NCBI GenBank assembly: GCA_000708835.1
Contig: DF237407.1
Coordinates: 13,414 to 77,413, forward strand
From: Klebsormidium nitens
Taxonomy: Eukaryota > Plantae > Klebsormidiophyceae
Direction of reading: 5' to 3'
Length of the DNA: 64,000 nucleotides
The notes under the pieces were generated by a model. The model was not told where the DNA came from, made no database searches, and saw only the letters and a program-made list of their open reading frames with translations. Within the stretch, counting starts at the first letter, position 1, and every line of letters starts with the position of its first letter. Positions 1 through 12,700 of the stretch are shown here, one piece after another. Made by a program: the position numbers and the translations under genes.

Positions 1-99
1 CCTGTGACCCCGGTTGATGCACAGCATTGAGCACGTGGACTCTAAACGAAATGAGTAAACATCGATGGCAAACGAGTAGAAACAGCTGGAAAGAACAAA

Positions 100-649
100 T
101 TTACAAAGCAGGCTGAGATTTTGGAAGCAAGACTAAGTAATCCCCTGACCTTGCAGCGCGGGTCAGGTCCGTCGGGTTCAGCAGCTTGCCGCACCTGTCG
201 CACTAATCTCCGCGCGCGTCTTCATACTAATAATCTGGTCGCACGAGTGAACGAAGCAAGAAAGACCAAGAATAACAGAGAGTTCGGAGCTTTGAACACG
301 AGCAATCCCCTCACCTTGCACCGTGGGTTGATCAGGTCCGTCGGGTTCAGTAGCTTCCGGCACTTGTCGGCGTCCCGTGCTTCTTTATACTTATAATCTG
401 AGCGTGGGAGCGAACGAAGCAAGAAGGAACAGGAACAGAAGAGATTCGGAAAGATCTAGAATTGAGCAATCCCCTCACCTTACAACACGGGTTGATCATG
501 TCCGTCGGGTTCAGCAGCTCCCCGGTGGTGTATCGCACTGGTCACCCCGCGGGTCTTCATACTCACAGGTCAGGTGTACGAGCAAAAGAAAGCAAGAAAA
601 GCAGAAATAACCCGAGAAGCGAAGCTTTAGAAACAAGTAAAATTCATAC
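100..649 (-). repeat. Three degenerate tandem copies (about 165 bp) of the 3' end plus donor site of MetRS exon 953-650
   Basis: The KLLNPTD(L/M)INP..CK-coding segment followed by GT recurs with donors at 649 (real), 478, 314 and 149; spacings 171, 164 and 165 bp. Confidence 0.93.
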
Positions 650-3600
650 CTTGCAGCGCGGGCTGATCAGGTCCGTCGGATTCAGCAGCTTCCCGCACTT
701 GTCGCACTGATCCCCGCGCGCGTCTTCGTACTGACAGTTTGGACACGTGCCCTCCACGAACCGGTCCGCAAGAAACTTCTGGTCCAGGTCACAGTAGAGC
801 TGCTCCATGGAGTCTTCGATCAGTCGGTTCTGGTCGAGGAGTGACCGGAAGATAGCCTGCGCAATGTCGGTTTGTTGGGGGGTGGAGGTGCGCCCGAAGT
901 GGTCGAAGCTGATGTCGAACCACTTGTAGATGTCCCGGTGGATCACGTGGTACCTGCAAAAGAGAAAAGGAGAGCATTTCTAAAACGGCAACCTTGATAA
1001 GGCTGCATTTAGACAAAGAGGGGAGTTCTGACTCCATTCGACGCTTCAGAGGTGGTTGAAGCTGATGTCGAACCAATTGTAGATGTCTCGGTGGGTCACG
1101 TGATACCTGGTAAAGGAAACGGGACGCTTTGACACCGAATACTAATTGCAGATGAGTCGGGCACAAAACGTTACGAAAGTCAAGAGTTCATGGGGGCGTC
1201 GTGAGTCAACGCCTGGGTCAAAGTTTAGAGCGAGGGCCTCAGTCGCAGAATACCAAAAGTCCGTCCTCTGAGAACAAGCCTTCGACGCCTCAATTTCTGC
1301 AGTGGTGGATTGTTAGGGATTGGCGTTGTAAATACAAGTGAACGCCTCATCCGCAAGGGCTCTCCGACGAGCCTTGACCAACGTGCAACCACAGAAGCAT
1401 CCGCAGAACATTCTGCATAACCGGGTTTTAACGGATCCAGTACCATAAAGTTTAGACTTAATCTAATCTGCTTCGAGAGAGCATCTGTACCTTAATGCAG
1501 ATGCCGATAATCCGGAACGGAACCAAGCAAGCCAGAGCGTCTCACATAACGGCTCAATAAGATCCCAACAAAATTGTACACGCAGAACATTGAGGAACCG
1601 GAAGTCAGGTTACCGAGCTGTGAGGCTTTTCACCAATAGGGCTTATTCGTCACAAGAGACCGAAGATGTCGTCTTCAAGTGGTTTCACTGCGCACTTGTC
1701 AGAGAAGAAAGAATGTGTTCACAACCCTGTAAAGGAGCGGTTCTGCGATCGAGGCCGGAGAATGAAATAAGGACAAGCGCAGTAGTCCAAAAGATTGTAA
1801 TCCGCAAATCTCTGCATGTCCCGCACTCACTTATCGCAGATCTCGCGCGGCGTCAGGCCCTCCTCGAGCGCCTTGTTCTCGGTAGCGGTTCCGTACTCGT
1901 CCGTGCCGCACATGTAAATAACGTTGTACCCACGCCGCCGGCAGTATCGGGCGTACACGTCAGCACTCAACACGGCTGCAGAAGCAAAGAAATGCAACAG
2001 TGACCCTCTTTTTAGTATTGCTTCGCAGTATCGCTATTCAGAAGAAGACGGTCATAGAGACGACTTTGCATCATCCAGATATCGAGGGGAAGGCCCTCTT
2101 AACAGCAGGTCCGGCCAATGAAGGAAGTAAAGTATTGCTGGCTGTGGCCTACGCAGTTTCTTCTCGTTGATGACAGACCGATACACGAACCTGGCTTTGA
2201 AACTTCAAGTAACGTTTGGATACACGTGCGCATTTGAGTGAAAAGTGGACAAGAACAGCTGCGGTTCACATCAGGCCAGTTTTCTTTGGAACCCTTGAAG
2301 CTGTTCCTCAATCCCAACAAGCTCGTCCGCTACATTGTTGTTGCTTGAAACAACCCAAATCCCCAATATGGATACAAACCGCCGTGCTTCCAACTCACAT
2401 CCAATGATGTTCCCGAGATGTGGTACGTTGTTCACGTACGGCAGCGCGCTCGTCACAAGAACGTTCCGCTTCCCCTTCACCGGTGCCCTTGGAGGCCCTG
2501 TCACCTCCAGGTACGGCGACCCCGGGTCCGTGATCACCACTGGCTTGACCGCCGCCTCCGCTTTTACAGGGCCCTTCGATCCCGCCTTTGCAGCAATTTT
2601 CGAATCGCTCGCGTTTGCAGGGGCGGGCTTCGAGGGTTTTGAAGCGGCGGGCTTCTCGGCTGGGGTTTGGGACTTGGAGGGTTTGGGTTTGGCGGATGCT
2701 GCGGTAACGGAAGCGGAGATGGCCTTGCGGGATTGGTCGGCGAGGGTTTGGGGGTTTTGGTCCCCAAGGATGCTTTTAATGGCGGAGGCGACGTGTTTGG
2801 AGGCGACCAGGGTCCTGGAAGAGGGGAATTCTACTTCAGGGATCGTTAGGATTCCAGTGCGGTCAATCAGTCTCGTTCAGTTCGATGGGAGCCACCGATG
2901 AAAGGGACAAGAATCAGGTTAAGGTCAAAAGGAAGAAACTTCATGGAAGAGAAGTGAACCTTTCAAATGATGTTTTGTCTAAGTCGTGGCAGAAACAGAA
3001 CCCCCCGCATAGCGCCTTTGCAGAAGGAGCACGGCAGAGAAAGAGCAGAACCATTCTTTTCGCAGCGATGCAGATATCTGCTCCCAATTCCAGGGACTCT
3101 CGTTTTAACAGTGCCTCAGATGGGGGTGTCTTTTGAGCGTCATCACCCACAAGAATCTGACTATCAGATGGGACGCGTATTGGCTTCTGACGCACCACTC
3201 AAAGAATCTAATTTACTGGCAGGAATAAGAGTTTGCTAATCAACAGCGCCTCAACGAGTGATTAGCCTTCACAAAACAAACCAGACGCCCCGCTCGTTAC
3301 CTGACTCGTTCGGCCCCTTTTGACGTGTTTGCAACACGTTTCCCACATCGAAGGGACGGCATACCATCCACCTCTCTTTGAAAGCACCCAAATACCCGAC
3401 AATTTGCTACCAAAACGAGGGGCATTCACATCTCAAAATTGTATGAGATATGCCTCCAGCGCTCACCCAAACCACTCAGCGACTTTGGATGGCCTTGCGT
3501 CAGCGCCACCAAGCACGGGGATCAGCCGCCAGAACACTGCCACGTCAGCCAGCGTCAGCTCCTTCCCCTCGGAGCCCTTGGCGCCCTGCTCTAGTTGGTC

Positions 3601-5300
3601 CATCAGGTCGGACGGAAGCTCGGACGGCTTGCCGGAGGAAACTGCGGACAAATAGAAACAGGGCGGAAACTGAGTACAGAACTTCGGACAACTATTGAAC
3701 TAATACTCATTTCGAACGGCTTGCCAGAGAAGACTGCGGACATGGAGAAGAGCATTGAAGCTGCAAACCATCACGTACTCCAAACATTATTTGTATTGAA
3801 ACTCGACATCAGCTTCGAACAATTCCAGCTTGCCGACTCTCATCTTACGGTGCCAAGCCTAACATGGTCAGCAGATTAAACCTCAAGACCGATTGGAGTC
3901 GGAGAGTCGGACCGTCAGCTAGACGAAAGTACGAATACTTGAATAGATAAGCCTGCATCTGGTAGAAAAGGGTGACTTCATAGTAAAATCTGGACGGAGT
4001 CCAGGAACAGACAATTTGTTTGAAAGGGCTGCAAACATGGACAATGGAAATCCTTAACGGCGCTGACAGCGAGAGAAAGCAAAATTTGTACGGCAAGTGG
4101 GCCAGAATGTTCTGGAAGGCAGTTCGCTCGCCAACAGTACTCACCATTTCTTCACCGTCTCTGCCAAGACTTTGGTAGACGGGTGGACAAGGATTTCGTG
4201 ATTGCTTAAAATGAAAATGGAGGCAATCTTAGCAGCTACTCAACACGTCTCCTCCCTATGAGTGTTTCAAAGGGCGCCGTTCAGGCAGCACGGGGGAAGG
4301 TGAACAGAGAGTGTCTTGCACAAAGGTCCATAAAGAAAGATAGGTATCCTTGTGACATGAATGGCTTGCCTGCGGAAACGACGGCCGGATGCAAAGTGGT
4401 CTCTGTCCACTCCAGCCATTTCTCAACCGCCAGGTGGTGGGGGGCTCCATAAGCAGGCAGAAAGGGGCCTGCATAAAAGATAAGCAGTCAGCTCTCAATC
4501 TACGCTCTACGCTCGTGCTGAGACTGATCAAAAGATTGCCTGATGATACAGGGCAGAAACAAGTGGAAATTGGCGCCTGCAGAGATGTTCAAAGTGGACC
4601 CTGTAGCACGACAATAGAATGTCCCAGTAAGCGATTGCTGTACGACCTGCACAGTGGGTCCATAGGTGACAAGTTCAAACCATGAAAGAGCAACCGTCTA
4701 TGCATATGTTTGGATGATAGTTGCGCATAGCGTGCAACCATTTCCTCGGGTACTCTGAGAGGCCTGTCTAACCGATTTAAGAGTATGTAGAAAGTGGAGC
4801 GATGACCATGATCGAACAGTGAAATCAGACACCTTGAACTTAACTGTCTCCACAGCGCAGAATGTCTAAACATCTCTGCAACCACCCTTGATTCAATTCT
4901 CATATTATCACTGGTTCAGTCAAAAGCCCGAGCAAGCACCACTCAGAATCAGACCCCCGCAAAGTATCAGACCAACATCAACCTCAGTACAACCACCAAA
5001 ATCCTGAGACATATTGAAGTGTCTGCTATAAAAGTGACCCGTAAAGCACGCTCCCTTACCGGTGGTCAAACTTGCAATGTATCGCGCGATGGCAATTGGC
5101 TCATAGAGCACAAGTCCCTCAGGCCCTGTCAGCAACACCGAGGTGGCATCAGCAAAGGGCGCCGCTGAGGTTAGCAGCGCGTTGCTGCTCTTGTCCAATG
5201 GGGCGTGCTTCAGAGTGACGCCGCACGCTGACGCGGCAACTAGCGCAGGGAGGGCGGCCGTGTCCCCAGAGGAGAAGAGCAGCGTCAACTCTGGTGCCAT
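650..5300 (-). CDS. MARS1: Cytosolic methionyl-tRNA synthetase with an N-terminal GST-like domain (5' part; gene continues off the left edge)
   Basis: Phase-compatible exons 5300-5060, 4468-4370 (GC donor), 3641-3467, 2814-2399, 1975-1831, 953-650. They encode [23 protein letters not shown] (HIGH region), [13 protein letters not shown], and the zinc knuckle CPNC...[16 protein letters not shown]. The N-terminus has GST-like [20 protein letters not shown] and [11 protein letters not shown]. Confidence 0.95.
1045..1125 (-). repeat. Degenerate copy of the acceptor plus 5' end of MetRS exon 953-650
   Basis: Minus strand ttaccag|gtatcacgtgacccaccgagacatctacaattggttcgacatcagc versus real ttgcag|gtaccacgtgatccaccgggacatctacaagtggttcgacatcagc; AGs are 153 bp apart. 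Confidence 0.9.
3714..3760 (-). repeat. Short copy of the acceptor plus first ~22 nt of MetRS exon 3641-3467
   Basis: gtccgcag|tcttctctggcaagccgttcg versus real gtccgcag|tttcctccggcaagccgtccg; 92 bp apart. Confidence 0.8.
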
Positions 5301-6717
5301 GTTGGTTGCCAGAGCTTTGCTGCTTGCAGTGGGAGAAGGTCAAAATGCGTGACGCACTTCCAGGAACAACCAACAGTCTGGATCTCAATGGCTCATCAGG
5401 ATTCCGTGACAGGCAACGCACACGCTCTTCCCACAGCTGGATGGCAGATGCGGCTCTCGTCGAGTTCAACAATCCGCTCCCCCTGCAATTTCAATGGCCA
5501 GCAAATGGCCTCGCAATGCCCAGGACATGAAGGCGGTTCTGCTGTACTGTATGTACTATGGAAATTTTCGTCATTACTGAACTTCTCAGCACACGCCATA
5601 CCTAGAATATTGCCCTGTTTCTACATAAAAGGCCGTTTATCGTCGAAACCGGTGAATTTGGTGACGGGAGCGCGGGCAAGTGCGGCAGAATCTTTTGACG
5701 GATTACCGTAGTCCAAGGTAATGATTCCGAATAAATAAATAATTATTTGCATTCGGAAAACCGAAAATTCGGATTTTACATTCGGAAAGTGGAAATCCGG
5801 AAAGATTAATTATTTCTGAAATGGTCTTCGGAAGCCCGAAAACGGCCAAACTCGGCCTGAAAATCCCCTTTCCTAGTGAGAGCATAGGGCATTCGGATTC
5901 TTGTCGGAATCAGCATAAATAAATCCACTTTTCTGGTCGGATTGTCGGAAAATAATTCCAATTAAAATCGTTCGGAATCATCACTTTGGACTACGGTAGC
6001 ACGTACAGCACTTTATCGAACTGAATCTACGGGCGTTTGGCAAGGCCGTCGAAAGTGTCTTACCGGGAGGTCTCAATTGAGCGACCTTTCCACGCCAATA
6101 TGGGTATCCCTCTGTCGCCGGACTTTACAACTCAGGGCACGGTGGATGAAAGAGAATTCGTCGCCATCAGTTACCGTAATTTTACCAATCGGTACAATTA
6201 GTTTGATTGACCTCCCGGTAGACTCTTAAGAAAGCAAACCGACCACTATACCCCGTCCAAAAGCCATCCGGCTACCCGGTAGCTCAGCTCGGTACTTCGT
6301 TCCGCGCTTCCGGCATCCTTGGCGAAGTTCAGTATCACATCGTAGATTCTTTTGCACCTATATCCAGGGCGCTCGAAGGTCCGAAGCCAGCCAATGTATA
6401 ACCGTCACGGGTCCAGTTCTTAACACCAAATAAGTCCACACGCTCCAAACAGACAACAGTGTCAGTTCTAGTCGACCCAGAAGGCAACGGTTACGCACCC
6501 GTTCGCGACGTCCAAAAGAACCGGCGGGCTGCTTTAGAAGGAATTTACCGTAGGTATGTCCTCCTTCCTCGATCTCTCTACGCCTTTCTTCAGTCAAGAA
6601 TCTGAAGCCTGGAAAGGAGCATAAATTTCTTGCAACGACTTGGAAGTTGGAGTGTTGGAGGTTGGCAAGCTGTGTTGCAAGCCGAGGTTGTCGAAAAGCA
6701 TCGGGCGTCTGACAGCC
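5301..6717. promoter_or_regulatory. Divergent intergenic region (putative bidirectional promoter) between MetRS and PheRS alpha
   Basis: The two ATGs (5300 minus, 6718 plus) point away from each other with 1417 bp between them. Promoter function is inferred from position only. Confidence 0.6.
5706..5996. mobile_element. MITE, Tc1/mariner-like (291 bp)
   Basis: About 26 bp terminal inverted repeats (ccgtagtccaaggtaatgattccgaa / ttcggaatcatcactttggactacgg) flanked by TA on both sides (5704-5705, 5997-5998); AT-rich non-coding interior with many ttccg/cggaa motifs. Confidence 0.8.
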
Positions 6718-9700
6718 ATGGCTGCTGCTGAGGATGTCGAAGATCAGCTGTTGCAGCAAGTGGATAAGCAGGGCGAGATTGAGGACTCCAGAAAGTTTGC
6801 TGAGTCTATTGGGGTGAACCATGACAAGGTGCTGGGGGACACCATCAAGAGCTTGCTTGCTTACGAGCTGATCACAACAAAGGTCAGTGCGGGTTGACTT
6901 GAATGAAGAAGTGCAAAGACGTTGTCCTGGTGTATTTGGCATGGTGCATTTACGACAGGGCTTCTGCGAAGGGTGGTGTCTGCAATTTTAAAACATATGC
7001 GAAACTTGCATAAGAATTGGACAATGCTGTCTGCAAGAGAGTATGCGAAGGATTGGGATCAGTAGGTAGAACGCGCTGGAAGGCTTTTGGTAATGGTGGT
7101 TGCACAGTGGATTAAATCAGGTGTGCAATGCGCGTGTGTTACTTCCATGAATGATTCAAGACGAGAATTCCCGGCGGATTGGGTTCCAAACTTAATTAAA
7201 GCAAATACTTACTTCCGTGCGCACTTGTGCAAGCTAACAGAAACTTGTGATTGATCGCGATGCTTCTCATTGTCAAAGTTCTCCTTTGATCAGATTTCTA
7301 GATGCTTTCTGTCATCAGAGTGTTGAGCCACATTAATGTGCCAATGTTGTTGCCAACGAAACACTATCAGGAAGCTGACGTCAGCTTTCTCAATCATCAG
7401 ACGGTGGCGCACACCCGTTGGGAGCTGACTGCAGAAGGCCAGCAGTATGCGAAGGATGGGACTCCGGAGGCGCAGCTTTTCCATGCAGTTCCGGAGCAAG
7501 GGACAATCTCCAGGGAGGAGATTGAGGTGAATTGCTTAGACCGCAGCTTTGTTAGCTTGGTCGAGCAGTTGTTGCTCTTCCAGAAGTTATGCATTTGTAG
7601 CTTCAACCTTGACTGTTTCAATTGGTGCCCGCTGTCAACGATTGCATGAGAAGCTTCGCAGTGTTGAGCAGTGGCGATCCAGCGACTATTGTACTTGTCA
7701 CATGATGGAATATTCACGAACGAATCGGGCTCAAGAGAAGGGACCACATTTGATAATTCAGGAAGGCCTCAAATCTTCAGGATATGTGTCGTGCGGACCA
7801 GGTACGATTCGAGAGTTCAATTGCATCTTCTGAGTAAACAGCATAGTTCCTGATAGTTCCTGCGGAGACCCACTTGTTAAGTTTACAATCAAGTATCCTC
7901 TCAAAATCAACAGCATCAATGAGTTGGTTCTAGGGTACTTCAAAGCAGGGCAAGTCCCTATTGTCGGTCCTGCAGTCTGTAAACCATAGAGGATCTTTCA
8001 GCGGATACCTGTGACATTTATCAGTCTGTCCTTCGCACTATGTAGAGGCAATCAAATAGTAAGAAACCGCGCACGCCACTTAAGATTCATTTTATTGGAT
8101 GGGATCATGGCGGCTGCTTGCAAAGCCCCCTGCTTCAACCTGCTGCGTTAAACACCCAGCGTTCTGGGACCTGGCCCCCGGCCCAGTTATTGCCCCCAGC
8201 ACTTTTCTGCGCACCCTGTTGCCGCCCGCCCTCCTTTAGCCGGTCAAAGCCCTGATGATAATGAAAGCGACTACCTTTAAATGTAGGCCAAGCTGAACAA
8301 GGATCTGGTGACCATTGGCTTCAACCGAGCAATGAAAGAGCGGTGGCTAGAGGTGGAAAAGGAGAAGAAACCGGAGGGAGCCCCTGAGGAGAAGAAGGAA
8401 GCGAAGAAGGAGAAAGGGGCAAAGGCTCCCCCCAAGCCACAGATCGTCAAGCGGAAAGTGAGTTTTTGACTTCCGTGTGGCTCTGCAAACTTTCAGGACA
8501 AACATACTCACTTGCTTAGGCATAGGCAGCAAGCAAGAAAATGCAGATGCCAGTAAGCTGGTTGGCTTCTTGTTGATGGCTGTCGGTCTTAGAATAAAGA
8601 TCCTGGAGAAGTGACGGCGTGGCTATTATACTGACGCACACCTTCTTTGCAGGTCGCCACGATTGACGACATCGTACAGAAGCAGCTGCAATCTGTTGCG
8701 GAGGGAAAGGTAAACAATCTTGTCATACTTCTAAAGCTGGTATTGCTGTAACAACGCGAGTAGTCGAAGAAGCTTGCATTGTAATAAGTATTGTGGGGTT
8801 GTTCGTATTGTGAGGGGTGAGAGAGAACGAGTGAAAGTCACGAATCACGAAAGCGAAAGTTCTTGGTCGCCTAAAAAAGCGGCAAGATCAGCTTGGGCTG
8901 GCTGACTTGGGGGCAACCGGCCGAGTTGCACACAAATTGTTCTTCCAAGAAGCCCTGCTGTCCTTGGCGGCCTCAGCTAGTGTTCACGATATGTCCCGTG
9001 TGCTTTTTCAGCCGCCTAAGCACACGCTGAACTGTCTGTACTAAAGCCCGAGTGAAGACTAGAAATTGACATGGAAGTAATTGTTGCGGCACACAGGAAC
9101 TTTCGGAGAAGGACCTGAAAGCGCTCCAGTCGCGGAAGCTCGTCGAATTGGTGTAAGCATTCCGCCGCAGAGCCTCTTCCTCTGTCTGCTCTGTCTTTCG
9201 TGCTTCGTTGCTGTTTACGGTGGATACGGGGCAGCAATTCAGTGGGAGGTTTGAACCTTGAACGAACGTGTATCCAAGGTGCAGTGATCCCCTTTGCTCT
9301 GAGGATCAAATATCATCAATTTCGTTGCTGAAGGATCACTCGTGACTGATACGGGTGTTGCTGCAGTCGTCATATCGTCACCCTTGCACCTCGCTGGCAA
9401 CTATATCTCCAGCAGCCGAGCGTAACAGACCTCTGTTGAAAACTGCACCAGGCGGAGCCGAGCGAGGAGTGCTCCGCCCGGTTTCGAAAGATTACAAATT
9501 CTTAAGTCCATCGCAGCTCGGTTGTATTCACACAAGAATGCTGGAATCTTTCCAACCCGTTCGTCAGCGACCGATGCTCGGAGCCTGTCCTGTTCCTGTC
9601 CTGTCTCCCGGAGGTCTGTCCATGGGCTTACGTAAAGCGTCCGAAAAATGAGCGAGCCCCTGTTTTGCAGGACATTCAAGAGCTTCGTGATCAGCAAGGG

Positions 9701-12700
9701 CCCCAAGTTTGCGCTGAAGCGGACCAAGGCGCTGACTGACATGACCAAAGAGATGATGGACAGGTGAGCGGTCGGTGCGCACTTCGTTCTGACCCAGGTT
9801 TTGTAAAGATTCACATCAGCTGGCGCCTTCTTAAGGTTGCGTTTTGGCATGGCGCCCGTCATTGCAAGATTCATCTCCGTGTATAAGTGACAAAGCTACA
9901 GTAGCTGTGCCGCGAAAGATCTGGGGGGCAAGCGAGGCGCTATGACTGCTGAAGTGGGAGGTCGCGAAGAAAACGTCAAAGTTGGGCGTTGGTGTCTGCG
10001 ATGCGCGGAGCCGCAGTCGCCGTGGGAGACGGTGATTCCGAGTCGTTCACTTGGGCCGAATAAACCGTCCACGAGAGTGGCATGTACGGTTCCTGATTGC
10101 CAACAAATCCGCCTACCGTAGTACGTTCGAAGTGCAGAAAGCGTGTTTCTTTGCACCCTGTCCGCCAAACTCTCTTCAAAAAGCCCCAGGAAGATCGCTC
10201 ATTCTTTGACTGAATCATATCAGTATGGCTGACGTGCGATTGCGTCACCCTTCAGCTATGCTGCCGGCCTGATTGGTTATGTTCAATCTTTGTCGCAGCC
10301 GAAAGCTTATTCTGAGCCTCTCGTTCCCAATGTTTTGCAAAGCGGACTTTGACAGCCCGTTTGTCATTCGTTTGTTACAGCAAGGCGTGGAAAGGTGCCA
10401 CTTTCAAGGACTACAACTTCGCCGCTCTCGGCCTCCCCCCTTCCGGAGGCTCCCTTCACCCCCTCCTCAAAGTGAGCCGCTGTTCAGTCTGCAAACTTCT
10501 GGTGTCGGTACATGTTAAGCCTATGCGAATTCTTCTATGTACTCTCGGAGCGTAGTGAATGAGAGCGGTGTACCTCAGATTAGCCAATACGCGTTGGCAA
10601 GATGAATCCGAATGGACAAGTGTAGCACATGCCGCCGTAAAACTTAAAACTTGCGCTGATACGACTATCCTGCGATGCATGATTTTGAGCGCTCCTGCAC
10701 AAGTGTCTCCCCGGGACATTTCTGCCAATCGTGTTCAAACTGCCTCAGAGTCTAGGCCCTTGGCAGCTCCGATTGCCGGATGCCTTAGCTTTACGCCAAT
10801 TTCAACCGGGCTGAATCTTTCCTAGGGCATCTGCTGATTGGAAGCTGTTCCGCAGGTACGAGCCCAGTTTCGGAAGATCTTCCTTCAAATGGGGTGAGTC
10901 AGGAAAGCGGCGGACCGTCTGCCGTTGATTGTCATGCGGAACGATGTGCTCTTCAATGAGCGCGCAACTTGAGTACTTTCCTGAGAGTCCTTGTCTCCCA
11001 GCGGGCAGACCGTTTATAAGAGCTAGCTGAAGTTGCATGGCTGCAAATGGTGGCCATTCCTTCTTCATTTATTCCCTGTGTCTTTACTTAGATCGCAAGA
11101 GGGACGAACAGTTTGTTTCAACACAGCGGGAATGATGTGCTACAGCCATGGCCTTCACTCTTTCAATACCCCTATCAAAAGCTACCTCAAATGCATTTTC
11201 TTCCTTCCCCCTCTTCGCGATTCCCGTCTGAACGCTGGGCCTATGTTTGTGATGCAGATTCGAGGAGATGCCAACGAACAACTTCGTCGAAAGCAGGTGA
11301 GTGGAATGTTTTCAGTATGGTAAACTCCATACCATTCTTAGCGCTGGGAACAGGGCGCTGAAAAACCTGCCAGCATAGTTTAAAACGAAGGGGTCCTGTC
11401 AGTGGTCCTGTGAAGGTTTGAAGTCAGGCTCTCAATCGACAAGAGATGTTCACGTATATGTAATGCGGATCGAAGGACGTACTTGAAACCCCCAGAGCTT
11501 GCTTACACACGGTTCCCTTCAAATATAGAGGAACAGGCAACCGACGAAAATGATCACTAAGAGAATGGGAGGAAATGTTTATCCCCAGGTATATTTTCCC
11601 GATTTGAACGATCGCACTCTGATACTTATTTTGTGCAACGCCCACAGCTTCTGGAACTTCGACGCCCTCTTCCAACCTCAACAGCATCCCGCCAGGGACT
11701 CGCACGACACCTTCTTCTTAAAAGGTGAGCCCCGGAATCTCAATACTTCGGCCCTGTTTTCGTGGAGTCTCACTGACGGAGGATTAATTGTCGAGGATTG
11801 AATGGTCCATGAAAAGAACTGGAATACCTAGCATAGATTGCATCGGCACACTCCCGCAGTAAGTTATGTTGCCGCGCCCAAGAAAGAGGTTGATTTAGCT
11901 TGCTTCGTGTCTATTCTTCGGCTGTTTGTGTAGTCTGTCCGCGGACTTGCCCCTCCTTAGGAGCACTTTGTTCTCGGAAGCCCCTGGTCGACTTCGCCTG
12001 GAAGCACGGCCTAAAGAACCAGCAGAAAGGAAGGGGAACGAGATTCTTAGAATATCAAAACCCCGTCTTCGTGTCGTCTGCAGCCCCTGAGAAGTGCCGG
12101 TCAGTACCGGAGGATTACATGAAGCGCGTGAAAGAGATGCACGAACACGGAGGGGGTGGCTCCCTTGGGTAAGCGCGTCTGATCTTGAATTTTTACCGAT
12201 TTCAGGACTTCCGTGGCTGATCTTCCCTTCTTGGTTTTTTTTTTCCCAATCCTGAAAGCATCGTGACGCAGATTCACAAGTACGCTGGTCGGTTCTTATA
12301 GCACTCTCAGCTTGGTCGTTCTCTGTTTCATTCGACCAAATCCGCTTTCATTTCACCGGAGTTAAAAAGGCGGTTTTGGGTGGCTTCTCCTGGGGGGATT
12401 GCGCGTCAAAGGAAGGTTTCGCGAACTGCACGACTGGTCAAGCTTTATTGCAGCCAAGACGAGGGCAAGCACATATTGGTCTGTGTCGCGGCCTGTTTAC
12501 TTTCCGGCACCTTTGGCGAACAGGATTGTTTCTGTTCCTCCACTCAGCTCAACGAAACTGCCGTCAACAAAGGTGGAACAAAGTCGAATAAGTACACGAT
12601 CCCTCTGTAAATGGTTGTTTCCTGGAACGTTTATTTGAACGAGCGAATCCAAGGCTGGTAAGTTTTATGTATCCCAACAGCCATGTGCCCTAAATCCATA

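Noticed and set aside
2335-2901. 188 aa plus-strand ORF
   Set aside because: Antisense to MetRS exon 4.
4146-4205. Possible extra MetRS exon ending at a gtgagt donor
   Set aside because: Flanking exons already join in phase with a continuous GST-like sequence, and there is no convincing acceptor or frame.
6358-6942. 194 aa minus-strand ORF
   Set aside because: Antisense shadow of PheRS exon 1 and the promoter; no protein-like features.
9401-9874. 157 aa minus-strand ORF
   Set aside because: Antisense across PheRS exon 6; no motifs.
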